Shown here: positions 49,101 to 58,000 of the stretch, in pieces
How the letters are laid out: each line of letters starts with the position of its first letter
Numbering within the stretch: position 1 is the stretch's first letter
Virus record (IMG/VR): IMGVR_UViG_3300042446_001683
DNA length: 64,000 bases
From: a virus
Reading direction: 5' to 3' (one strand)
The notes under the pieces: generated by a model
The model's database searches: none
What the model was told of the DNA's origin: nothing
The model's input: the letters and a program-made list of their open reading frames with translations, nothing else
Translations under genes and position numbers: made by a program

Positions 49101-49714
49101 CTCATGGTTTAAAAACACCTCCAAAAAGATCAGATACTAAAAATGACGGACCTAATGGAGAGTTCCCAATAGGTAATGATAATGTACAAAGTAATGGAAC
49201 TCCAAGTGGTAAGCATGAGGAAATAATTTTAAAAGCAATGCAAGCTGCTTTCTCTAAAGGCCAAACTAAAGGACAATGTGCTAGAGGAACTGGAACTATG
49301 GCTATAAATGTTGCTGAAATATTAAAAGGAGCAAAACCTAGAGAAATGAGAAAAGGTGACTCAGGTGGAGTATCAGCTAAAGATTCTGCTCATCATGATA
49401 AATTAGTTAATTTAGGTTGGACAAAATATACATTTACTGGATTAACAAAGGCTCAAGCTATAGATTTAGTTAAAAATGGACCAAAAGATAGTAGTGGAAA
49501 AGTAATACCATGGGTAGCTGGAGACGCAGTTTGTTACTGGAATACAGATGGAATAGGATCAAATTTCCACTCTCAATATTACCAAAATAAATTATATACT
49601 AAGTATAATTGGGCTACTGATAATGATGATAATTACAAAACAGATTTTGTTTATAAGAGTAAAAAAGCTGATAAATGGAATGTTGTAGTACTTAAAATAC
49701 CTATTTTAGGATAA
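46115..49714 (+). CDS. Baseplate hub protein with C-terminal CHAP/NlpC-like amidase
   Basis: LRLGYSMLLEWGW hub motif, LTMDGLSG..F.ITGVSH; C-terminal GQCARG..GDAV..HSQ catalytic pattern. Confidence 0.65.
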   Translation: MATRSIIGPGFEDWVQKQISVRQNVNKLDNRNRQELMYQNVNTAFLRLTSGVNIATGFDSNNTPTGYDNGAEAKTYQLFNTRFNNQFAAGVGIGALNSAYGFQSTPDYGFVPPPGLISADVKSLNRGALRDATINLVCHSATQFEIIDQLYLRLGYSMLLEWGWSTYFDNSNNYQNATTQVDVVNKFLTTGTDQKSLLEEIQKQREASDGNYDAMFGLVKNFSWNLEKDGSYNITLNLVSVGDIIESLKGNVSHPAASQTIQAPPEDEPPLQYNADKSTLNRILFYLSSKLPPDTISITGGWASFLQGNQTTADEIGKLIGLTPNQRNDRPNSQGDVIAFIFPQLLGVKQTNAGYNAQYYMKLGLLLRSLQNFCLLYDTSKPDDGSGSNVSPLFNINFEEEENFMFTFPRHGSLDPRVCLIDVIKDLDEGTPPIINNNNSTGVIMSTKTYTWRAINVQIGNQNQPSFSDPNWIFLSPDIAPSAGVLGFFKSNLLGEYYNGGILFDGGPVIDGDKKDAKVKSYTPSTTNLLQINQSPSPGASNTVATVYPPSTWSPVLIAGSDLLVDRLNSNINSVSLLNDLVNDASGIRSRIATTPVSLDIGLNREAIVKLEEKIAYNEQFSYKGSVSGTEYTDNKFWIKEVIVTTVTYLDANAGYNDTNVNNNSEEVTLDTQNNLFSNIRPGINYRVDKDNYPFIGRTMNMYVNMNFIAKTLEQFIDAKYGAISMYDFLDKLMTGIQQALGNVNNFNISYDEVTNTFSIIDGTFIPGLDLYKPEAFKNKPVEFITHTLDSSAGSFMRDATVKTQLSNNFATQVTVGAQANGNVVGENATALSRWNVGLVDRIILEKDTKNGAKGTTTADIDQKFYVNIGLVQNLYTAINDGNITDQQIDGSRDAAVDLFKYETGLYTKEGFIPGIGFIPINAELTMDGLSGMRIYESYTADTRLLPPKYKDAIQFIITGVSHRIQNNDWTTTITSISGPKYTGRGSTKALPAIKTHGLKTPPKRSDTKNDGPNGEFPIGNDNVQSNGTPSGKHEEIILKAMQAAFSKGQTKGQCARGTGTMAINVAEILKGAKPREMRKGDSGGVSAKDSAHHDKLVNLGWTKYTFTGLTKAQAIDLVKNGPKDSSGKVIPWVAGDAVCYWNTDGIGSNFHSQYYQNKLYTKYNWATDNDDNYKTDFVYKSKKADKWNVVVLKIPILG

Positions 49715-49724
49715 AAAATTTAAG

Positions 49725-50270
49725 ATGGCTTATATACCTAAAAATAAAATAAAATCTAACCAATATTCTAATGGAGAATATGCTTATTTAGATCCTTTTA
49801 GACCAAATAATCAAGGATTTGAATATTATGGTAATTATTACACTTTATTTAATGGAAAAGCATTTACTGGAAAATTCCCAGGAGATGGAGATAATTTACC
49901 TCTTATAAAAAGACCTATTGAAGGCCCAACAAATGATTACATACCACCTTCACTTACTACTTCTTCTACCCCACCACTTTATCCAACAGAAAAAGACTAT
50001 GAGTATGGAACTTTTATTAGATATTTTTCTAAAAAAAGAAATGAATATATTTTTGAAGAAATTACACAAGACCAGTACAATACATTAAATGCAAATAAAA
50101 ATCCTAGATATTTTGTGTATAAACCATTTTATATTAAATGGATGTTAACTGGTGATATTCAAACTGTGACTAATTTTAATTATTATTCCATAACTAGTAC
50201 TGAGGTAAAAGAAAATGTTTATGGATTAAATGAGTTTTTAAAAATGGACTATATCAAATACTATAGATAA
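49725..50270 (+). CDS. Baseplate-associated hypothetical protein
   Basis: YIPK..IK.N.YS.GE, PT..DY..G.F.RYF.KKRN. Confidence 0.55.
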   Translation: MAYIPKNKIKSNQYSNGEYAYLDPFRPNNQGFEYYGNYYTLFNGKAFTGKFPGDGDNLPLIKRPIEGPTNDYIPPSLTTSSTPPLYPTEKDYEYGTFIRYFSKKRNEYIFEEITQDQYNTLNANKNPRYFVYKPFYIKWMLTGDIQTVTNFNYYSITSTEVKENVYGLNEFLKMDYIKYYR

Positions 50271-51517
50271 TGGCAGAATTTTTTCCTATAGATGTTAATT
50301 TCCAATCTTACTCAGGATCATTTTCTGGGTCATTTTTTGGTGATGGAAGTGGGATTACAGGTATAAGTGCTTCTTTCTTTTCAGGAAGTGTTACAAATGC
50401 TATAAGTGCTTCTTATGCAGCTAATGGTGGAGTAACTCAATTATTAGCTGGTGCTAATATATCCTTATCGCCAACTAATGGGGTTGGGCAAGTTACAATT
50501 AGTTCAACAGCTGGTGGAGGAGGATTTAATACAGCAACAGGATCCTATGGATCTTTTTATGACACAACAACTCAAACTAATGTTGCTGGTACTGCTCGCT
50601 CAATGTCTCTTAATACAACAGATATTACAAATGGTGTATCTGTTTCTGGTTCTACAAATCCTTTTAACACATATATTAAAGTAGCAAATGCTGGTGTATA
50701 TGATATACAATTTTCTGCTCAAGTAGATAAAACAGATAGTGGAACTGATGAGATATGGATATGGATTAGAAAAAATGGATCAAATTTAACATATACAGCA
50801 ACATCAGTACAACTCCAAGGAAACGGAGCTCATTATGTCGCAGCGTGGAATTTCTTTGTAAATGCAGCTGCAGGTGATTACTTTCAACTAATGTGGTATT
50901 CACCAGACGCAAATGTACGTTTACATGCTGAACCAGCATTTGGAGTAGTGCCAGGTATTCCTTCTTTAATAGTAACTGCAAACCGTGTAGACCAATTTTT
51001 ATCAAACACAGGTTCATTCAGTGGATCATTTACAGGCTCATTATTTGGTACTGCAAGTTGGGCTACTAGTGCCGCAACAGCTTCATCAGTGAATGGTGCT
51101 ACTATTAATAATACCGCTTGGACTTCATACACCCCAGTTTGGACAGCAGCATCTGTAAATCCTGTAATTGGAAATGGAACAATAACAGGTCAATATAAAG
51201 TAATTGGTAAGACGTGTTTTGTAAGAGGTAATGTAGCAATGGGATCAACTACAACATTTGGCACTGGGGAATGGTATATATCAATGCCATTTACAGCGTC
51301 ACACGCAGATGCTATATTAATGACAGCAAATTTACTAGATAATGGAACAGCATGGTACAATGCCACAGTAAATGGAGCACGCGCTGGATTTAATTATAAA
51401 ACAGCTATACAATACCAAGCTGTTGGAGGCACGGCTAATGACATAAACGCAACTCAACCATTTACTTGGGCTAATAGTGATAGATTCCTTTGGAATGGAA
51501 GTTTTGAAATAGCATAA
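50270..51517 (+). CDS. Tail fibre/structural protein
   Basis: SGS/SAS-rich, beta-rich domains, WTSYTP..G.Y..IGK C-terminal fibre domain. Confidence 0.65.
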   Translation: MAEFFPIDVNFQSYSGSFSGSFFGDGSGITGISASFFSGSVTNAISASYAANGGVTQLLAGANISLSPTNGVGQVTISSTAGGGGFNTATGSYGSFYDTTTQTNVAGTARSMSLNTTDITNGVSVSGSTNPFNTYIKVANAGVYDIQFSAQVDKTDSGTDEIWIWIRKNGSNLTYTATSVQLQGNGAHYVAAWNFFVNAAAGDYFQLMWYSPDANVRLHAEPAFGVVPGIPSLIVTANRVDQFLSNTGSFSGSFTGSLFGTASWATSAATASSVNGATINNTAWTSYTPVWTAASVNPVIGNGTITGQYKVIGKTCFVRGNVAMGSTTTFGTGEWYISMPFTASHADAILMTANLLDNGTAWYNATVNGARAGFNYKTAIQYQAVGGTANDINATQPFTWANSDRFLWNGSFEIA

Positions 51518-51553
51518 AATAATAAACAATAATATTTATAGCAAAATACTACT

Positions 51554-51943
51554 ATGTCAGCAGGAAGATATTCATTTACAATAGAACAAGGAACTACATT
51601 CCAATTAGAACTAATATATAAGGATAGCAACCAAACCCCAGTTGATTTAACTGGGTATAGTGGGCGAATGCAATTACGCCCTACAGTAGATTCTAATACT
51701 ATTTATCTTACATTATCTAGCTCTTTAAATGCTGATGGTACTGGCCTAAATTTTAGCGGTAGCAGTGGAACTAATCCACCATCATCTGGCTCTATCGGAA
51801 TATATATAGCTTCATGTACCTCGTCATTACTCAACTTTACTAACGCTTATTACGACTTAGAAATATATTCTGGTAGTAACTGCCCATATACTGTAAGATT
51901 AATTGAAGGACAAGTTCAACTTTCTAAAGAAGTAACTAGATGA
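51554..51943 (+). CDS. BppU-N-like beta-sandwich structural protein
   Basis: IEQGTTF, PVDLTGY...MQ.R, YYDLEI, RLIEG. Confidence 0.65.
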   Translation: MSAGRYSFTIEQGTTFQLELIYKDSNQTPVDLTGYSGRMQLRPTVDSNTIYLTLSSSLNADGTGLNFSGSSGTNPPSSGSIGIYIASCTSSLLNFTNAYYDLEIYSGSNCPYTVRLIEGQVQLSKEVTR

Positions 51944-52155
51944 GAGTTATAGAAGTAGTAACTCAAGGTCCTATAGGTCCTCAAGGTCCTGCTGGTCCTG
52001 TAGCTACAGGATCATTATCCTTATCTAATGTCTTAACTTTAATCCCACAACATCCTTTACCAGCAGGAGTAGCCACAGGATCATTTGCCGTATCATCAAG
52101 TATACCTTCAAAACCTTATTTCTTTGATGGAACAAGTTGGAATGCTCTTTATTGA
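51940..52155 (+). CDS. Small structural protein with short collagen-like repeat
   Basis: GPIGPQGPAGP; PYFFDGTSW. Confidence 0.55.
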   Translation: MRVIEVVTQGPIGPQGPAGPVATGSLSLSNVLTLIPQHPLPAGVATGSFAVSSSIPSKPYFFDGTSWNALY

Positions 52156-52189
52156 TATTTATAATAAATCTAACACGTGGTAAAGTTTC

Positions 52190-52720
52190 ATGAGTAACAC
52201 AGTAAAAGATAATTCTTCATTTAATTATATAACAGTTATTCCTGAATCTGGGAATAACATTACTGTCACTCAACCTCTTGTTAATGTAATTGAAATAGCT
52301 ACAGTAGGACCACAAGGACCAGCAGGACCTCCTGGAACAGGAAGTAGTGGTCCGTTTGTAGATTTTGGTTCATATTGGGGAGCAACTGATAATTTACAAG
52401 TCACAGGTTCATTTAATACAACTGGGTCTGTTTTATTTGTAAGTACTAATTCTAGTATAGTATCTAATCCTGCTTTTGCAAGTAATGATTTCTTTTTAGT
52501 AAGAAACTTAATTACTACTTTTGTAATAAATGATGGAATACAAATCACATCATCAGCAAATAATCCTATACAAGTATTAGGTACTAATAATAATAATTTA
52601 TTACAAGTATCACAAAGTGGATTAATAATATTTTCTACATCATCAACAACTCCTTCAGGTGTTGCACCTAATGGAGGTATTTTATTTACTTCAACAAACT
52701 TTTTTGTAGGAATAGATTAA
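52190..52720 (+). CDS. Structural protein with short collagen-like repeat
   Basis: GPQGPAGPPG. Confidence 0.55.
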   Translation: MSNTVKDNSSFNYITVIPESGNNITVTQPLVNVIEIATVGPQGPAGPPGTGSSGPFVDFGSYWGATDNLQVTGSFNTTGSVLFVSTNSSIVSNPAFASNDFFLVRNLITTFVINDGIQITSSANNPIQVLGTNNNNLLQVSQSGLIIFSTSSTTPSGVAPNGGILFTSTNFFVGID

Positions 52721-52767
52721 TCTAGTATCTTTTATATATATTTATAACAAAACAAAAAACATAAAAA

Positions 52768-54495
52768 ATGGCAACTTGGAAGAAAGTCATAGTCTCCGGA
52801 TCAAACGCGGAGCTTAATCAAATAACAGCTAGTGGTGGAGTTAATGCTACATTACCTAGTGCACAGCAAGCTAATTTTGTATCATACAACCCATCAACAG
52901 GTCAATTAGGATATTTTGGTACTGGCTCTCTTACAGCTGCAACCGCATCTTATGTTACTGCTTCTGGTGTTGCTGGTCCATTTGGAGCAAATAGTATTTT
53001 AACTGCTTCATATGCTACAACAGCATCATTTGTAACACAAGCAGTAAGTGCTTCGTTTGCAACATTAGCCCAAACTGCTAATACTGCATCTTATGTATTA
53101 CAAGCAGTAAGTGCTTCATTTGCTACAAATGCTTCTCAATTAAATGGTCAAGCAGCTTCTTTTTATCAAAACGCATCTAATATCAATGCAGGTACTTTAG
53201 GAAATTCTTTCCTACCAGCTGCAATTAGTGTTACATCAGTTTCAGCTTCATTTACCGGTTCATTAACAGGTGCTTTAACTGGGACTGCTTCTTTTGCAAC
53301 AAGTGCTTCTCAAGCCACAACAGCAACAAATGCTGTAAATACAGCTGTAACTGATACAACTACAGGAACAGGCCCTTATTATGTAACATTTGTTGATGGT
53401 ACTACAGGAAATAGAGCACAATTAGTTGACTCAGCAGGATTAACATTTAATGCTACAACAAACACATTATCTACAACTGCCTCTCAAGCTATAACAGCTT
53501 CTTACGCCTCAGCAGGAGTAGTATCAGCTAATTTAACTCAAGGTACAGGTGTAACTGCTTTCACTTATAATGGTGGAACAGCTCAAACTGTAGCTGTAAG
53601 TGGAGCATCAGCATTAAGTACTAATGCTATCACTAAATGGACTGGAGCTGCATTTGCTAACTCAAGTTTAACAGATAATGGTACAACAATTACAGGTGCT
53701 ACCTCTATTCAATTAACAGGAGCTTCTTCAGCATTAACAGGTTCATTTACTGGATCTCATTTTGGTCCATTAACTGGAACAGCTTCATTTGCCACATCAG
53801 CTTCTTCAGCTATATCAGCTTCTTATGTATTACAGGCTGTTAGTGCCTCATTCGCTACTTTAGCCCAAACTGCTAACACAGCTTCATTTGTTGTAACAGC
53901 TCAAACTGCAAGTTATGTGTTACAAGCAGTAAGTGCTTCATTCGCAACATTAGCACAAACTGCTAACTCAGCGTCTAATATTACAAATGCTATTACTAAT
54001 GCCGCTGATAATAGATTATTAACAGCAAACGTTGGTGGTACTATTAATGGTGAATCTAACTTAACATTTGATGGTACTACATTATCTGTAACTGGTAATG
54101 CTACATTAACAGGTAACTTAACAGTAGCGGGAACAGCATCGTTTACAAACACTGATAACTTAAACATTAGAGATAAATTTATCTTAATTAATAGTGGATC
54201 AGCAACATTATCAGACTCAGGTTGGATAACACAATACAACGCGGCAGGATCTGGATCAGCATTTTACTTAGATGCAGGTACAGGTACTGATCATGGCCCA
54301 TATGGTCGTTTCGCTGTAGCATTTGATACATTAGGAACCACAACTGCACCAACAGTTAGTGAGTATGTAGTAACAGCAAAAATCAACCAAGCTTCAAACC
54401 CATCAAATGCTGTTCCTCCAACATGGGGTACAGGATCAAATGGATCTGGTAATATGTGGATTACAAATGCTGGGGATATTTTCATTTACGGATAA
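52768..54495 (+). CDS. Tail fibre protein (TAS/SAS-repeat shaft)
   Basis: MATWKKVIVSGS start; repeated QAVSASFATLAQTANTASY; GNLTVAGT..NL.I.DKFI.IN. Confidence 0.7.
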   Translation: MATWKKVIVSGSNAELNQITASGGVNATLPSAQQANFVSYNPSTGQLGYFGTGSLTAATASYVTASGVAGPFGANSILTASYATTASFVTQAVSASFATLAQTANTASYVLQAVSASFATNASQLNGQAASFYQNASNINAGTLGNSFLPAAISVTSVSASFTGSLTGALTGTASFATSASQATTATNAVNTAVTDTTTGTGPYYVTFVDGTTGNRAQLVDSAGLTFNATTNTLSTTASQAITASYASAGVVSANLTQGTGVTAFTYNGGTAQTVAVSGASALSTNAITKWTGAAFANSSLTDNGTTITGATSIQLTGASSALTGSFTGSHFGPLTGTASFATSASSAISASYVLQAVSASFATLAQTANTASFVVTAQTASYVLQAVSASFATLAQTANSASNITNAITNAADNRLLTANVGGTINGESNLTFDGTTLSVTGNATLTGNLTVAGTASFTNTDNLNIRDKFILINSGSATLSDSGWITQYNAAGSGSAFYLDAGTGTDHGPYGRFAVAFDTLGTTTAPTVSEYVVTAKINQASNPSNAVPPTWGTGSNGSGNMWITNAGDIFIYG

Positions 54496-54513
54496 TAAAA
54501 AACTAGAAAAGTT

Positions 54514-54711
54514 ATGTCAATGCTCGACGATCTCAGAAATAAGTTTCAACCAACAGAAAAACAGGTTGATACTAACCAACTAAGCCAACAAGAATTAGAA
54601 TACTTGCTTACCCTCTTAAAAAATGTAAATTTAAGAGGGGAGCATGTTGAAATGTTCTACGAATTAGTTTTGAAACTACAAAAACAATATTTAGATTATC
54701 CATCTAAATAA
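54514..54711 (+). CDS. Small helical protein (possible fibre chaperone)
   Basis: 65-aa ORF between fibre genes. Confidence 0.5.
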   Translation: MSMLDDLRNKFQPTEKQVDTNQLSQQELEYLLTLLKNVNLRGEHVEMFYELVLKLQKQYLDYPSK

Positions 54712-54729
54712 TAATAAAAATAAAAAGTT

Positions 54730-54978
54730 ATGGATTTATTCGCGGTAGATTTTAGTTTTAACGAACTACAATTCCTTAGACAATCATTAGATTTAGTAAC
54801 AATTAAAGGTACAGATGCTAAATTCTTAGCTAGTCTTCAAATTAAAATTGAGACTGAACTAGCAGAGATCCAGCGGATGTTAACTCAACAAGATGTTGAG
54901 AAACAAGCTGCACTTCAGGAGATTATTGAAAGAGAAGAGAAGAAAGCTAAAAAACAGTCATCCAATATTCCTTCGTAA
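54730..54978 (+). CDS. Small coiled-coil protein (possible fibre chaperone)
   Basis: LRQSLD.VTIKG.DA..LA.LQ.KIE. Confidence 0.5.
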   Translation: MDLFAVDFSFNELQFLRQSLDLVTIKGTDAKFLASLQIKIETELAEIQRMLTQQDVEKQAALQEIIEREEKKAKKQSSNIPS

Positions 54979-54995
54979 TATTTATAATAAACATC

Positions 54996-55057
54996 TGTTG
55001 TTGGCCGTAAGGAAGTAGGCATATACATGGCATAAATGTATGTATCTAACCACAACA
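54996..55057 (+). ncRNA. Candidate three-way-junction RNA in the 5' leader of a tail fibre gene
   Basis: P1 TGTTG-T-TGG/CCA-CAACA, P2 CC-GTAA-GG (GNRA loop), junction AAG, P3 TAGG.ATATACAT/ATGTATGT.TCTA; begins about 10 nt after ATATTTATA. Confidence 0.45.
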
Positions 55058-55070
55058 TTATAATATTACT

Positions 55071-58000
55071 ATGCCAAACTGGAAAAAAGTCGTTGTATCT
55101 GGCTCAAACGCCATATTAAATTCTGTCACAGCCTCATTTACAGGTTCATTAACTGGTGCTTTAATAGGTACAGCATCTTGGGCAACTAACGCTACAAACG
55201 CTGTAGTAACTGTAACAACAGCAAACTCTGACATGTATCTTGGTTTGGCTTCTACGACAGGAGTTACGGGTATATTAGCAGATACTTCAGGTATTACCTA
55301 CAATCCTAGCACTAATACGTTAGGAGGAGCATATACTTCAACCGGTACTCATAAAGGAACTTTTCAAGTAAATTCAATCAATACGGCAGGAACCTACTAT
55401 CCAGTATTTGCTGGTGGCGCAGGCGATACTATACTATATGCAGATGGCGATGCTACTTTTAATTACAATCCAGGTGGAAATTTATTGAGTGTAGGGGCTG
55501 TTAGCGCCACTTCACTCACGGGATCGCATCTAGGAAACACAGTTGGGACAGCATCATGGGCTACTAATTCTTCTACTGCTTCTTTTGTTAACACACTAAA
55601 CCAAAATGTATTAATTACAGGTAGTGTTACTATAGGATCAAGTAGTTTAGGACCAAGTGAAAATACATTAACTCTAGGAGCACGTGATAGTGTAAATGAA
55701 GGAGGTCAAATAGGATTTAATGCTCCTGGTGGGACTTACACATCCGCTTCATTTATCGATCTTTATCAAAACAGAATTAGAATACTCAAAGGTACAAACG
55801 CTAGTAGTACTGGTGAAGTTATTACTTGGAATCTTGGTACCCTTCAAATGGTGTTACCTGCATATACTAATGCATCATCATTCCCAGGAACAGCCACAGC
55901 AAACTTAGCAGTTGACTCAAGTGGTAATGTAATAACAGTATCTACAGCAGGTGGAGCAGCATTCCCATTTACCGGCTCCGCTCTAATAACAGGTAGTTTA
56001 GGAGTTACAGGCTCAACTTCAATACAAGGAACACTTAATCAAGGATCAGCTTCAATTGCATCAGGATTATTCTCTCATGTACAAGGACTATTAACTACAG
56101 CATCAGGAATCTATTCACATGCTGAAGGAGATAGTACACACGCATCTGGATCGTATTCACATGCAGAAGGATCTCTTAGTCGAGCATTTGGAAACTATTC
56201 ACACGCAGAAGGTAGTAATTCATTAGCTGAAGGTAATTATTCACACGCAGAAGGTACTAGTTTAGCAATTGGAGATGTTTCACACGCAGAAGGAGTAGGA
56301 ATAGCAGTTGGAGACTATTCACACGCTGAAGGAACAGGAACAACATCTGGATCGTATTCACACGCTGAAGGTAATGGTACAATAACATCTGGATCCTACT
56401 CTCACGCAGAAGGTAGTACTACTAATGCAATTGGAAATAGTTCACACGCGGAAGGTTCAAGTACCAAAACAGGAATTACAACTGCATACGCATCAACTGT
56501 ATCTTCTGGAGTTGTAACTTTAAACTCTACATATGGTGATGTAAGCCTAGAGTTTGCAACTGATAATAACTTATTATTATACGATACTCCATTTGATGCT
56601 ATTTATGGAACATCCACTTTTATTATAAGTCAATCTTATTTTTCATCTCCAAACACAATTGTAGAATTAGTTGATACAAGTGTAACTACTACAACAGCAT
56701 ATGTAGGTAGTTTAAATTATGGAGTAAGCGGCTGGATCGGCGATTCAACTATACCTGGAGATTATTCACACGCAGAAGGAAATACTAGCGCAGCAGTTGG
56801 AGGATCTTCACATGCAGAAGGTCGAGAAACAATAGCAGTAGGAGCATCTTCACATGCTGAAGGACGTGGTACTAATGCAATTGGAGGTGGTTCACACGCA
56901 GAAGGTTATCTTACAATAGCAGTTGGAGGATTTTCACACGCAGAAGGTGTTGAAACTCAAGCAATTGGAGATGTTTCACACGCAGAAGGAGAAGGTACAA
57001 TAGCATCTGGATTTGCTTCACACGCTGAAGGTGCAGAAACTAAAGCAATTGGACCATATTCACATGCAGAAGGTCGAAGGACATCAGCATCTGGAGACTG
57101 GTCACACGCTGAAGGTGCTAATACTAAAGCCCTTGGAACCTGGTCACACGCAGAAGGATTAGGTACAGTAGCATCAGGCTCATATCAACACGTCCAAGGA
57201 CAATATAACATATCTTCATCAGCAGAAAGTGCATTTATTATAGGAAATGGAATTAATGATGCTAACCGATCAAACTTAGTCTTTGCCTCTGGTTCACAAT
57301 TTCAAATTACTGGTTCTGCTTTAATAACAGGTAGTTTAGGGGTAACTGGATCATTTAACCAAGGTTCAGCCTCATTAGCATCAGGTTTATTCTCTCATGT
57401 ACAAGGATTAGCCAACACAGCATCAGGAATTTATTCTCATGCAGAAGGAAATAGTACACACGCATCTGGATCATATTCACACGCTGAAGGATTAGGTACA
57501 ATAGCATCTGGATCATGGTCACACGCTGAAGGTCGAAGTGCAATATCAATTGGAGCATTTTCACACGCAGAAGGTCGAGATACAGTAGCATCTGGATCCA
57601 ATTCGCATGCAGAAGGTAATAATACACAAGCAATTGGAGACAATTCACATGCAGAAGGTGCCGCTACTCAAGCAATTGGACAAGGATCTCATGCTGAAGG
57701 ATTTAATACAGTAGCATCAGGCTCATATCAACACGTCCAAGGTCAATATAACCTATTCTCATCAGCAGAAAGTGCATTTATTATAGGAAATGGAACTAGT
57801 GGCGCTGCTAGATCAAATCTAGTCTTTGCCTCTGGTTCACAATTCCAAATTACAGGCTCATTAAGAGTAAGTGGTAGTATTACTGGTTCATTATTTGGAA
57901 CAGCATCATGGGCACAAAGCGCTTCAAATGCTATTATAGCAATAGATGCAACATCAGCAGAAGCAGCTAAAACTGTACGAACAATATCAAGTAGTGTAAA

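Larger units (their letters stand above)
4556..54985 (+). promoter_or_regulatory. Dispersed class B (putative late promoter) motif ATATTTAT(A)
   Basis: Copies at gene junctions: 542, 4556, 5151, 7722, 11019, 14769, 21264, 23381, 25509, 27431, 33375, 34095, 36685, 36976, 39224, 39793, 40850, 43303, 51532, 52155, 52738, 54978; variant ATATGTAT at 30415. Confidence 0.75.

Noticed and set aside
56070-57740. Regular repeats as a CRISPR array or DGR template/variable repeat
   Set aside because: Repeats are in-frame coding (SHAEG) with synonymous variation; no reverse transcriptase and no adenine-specific mismatch pattern seen
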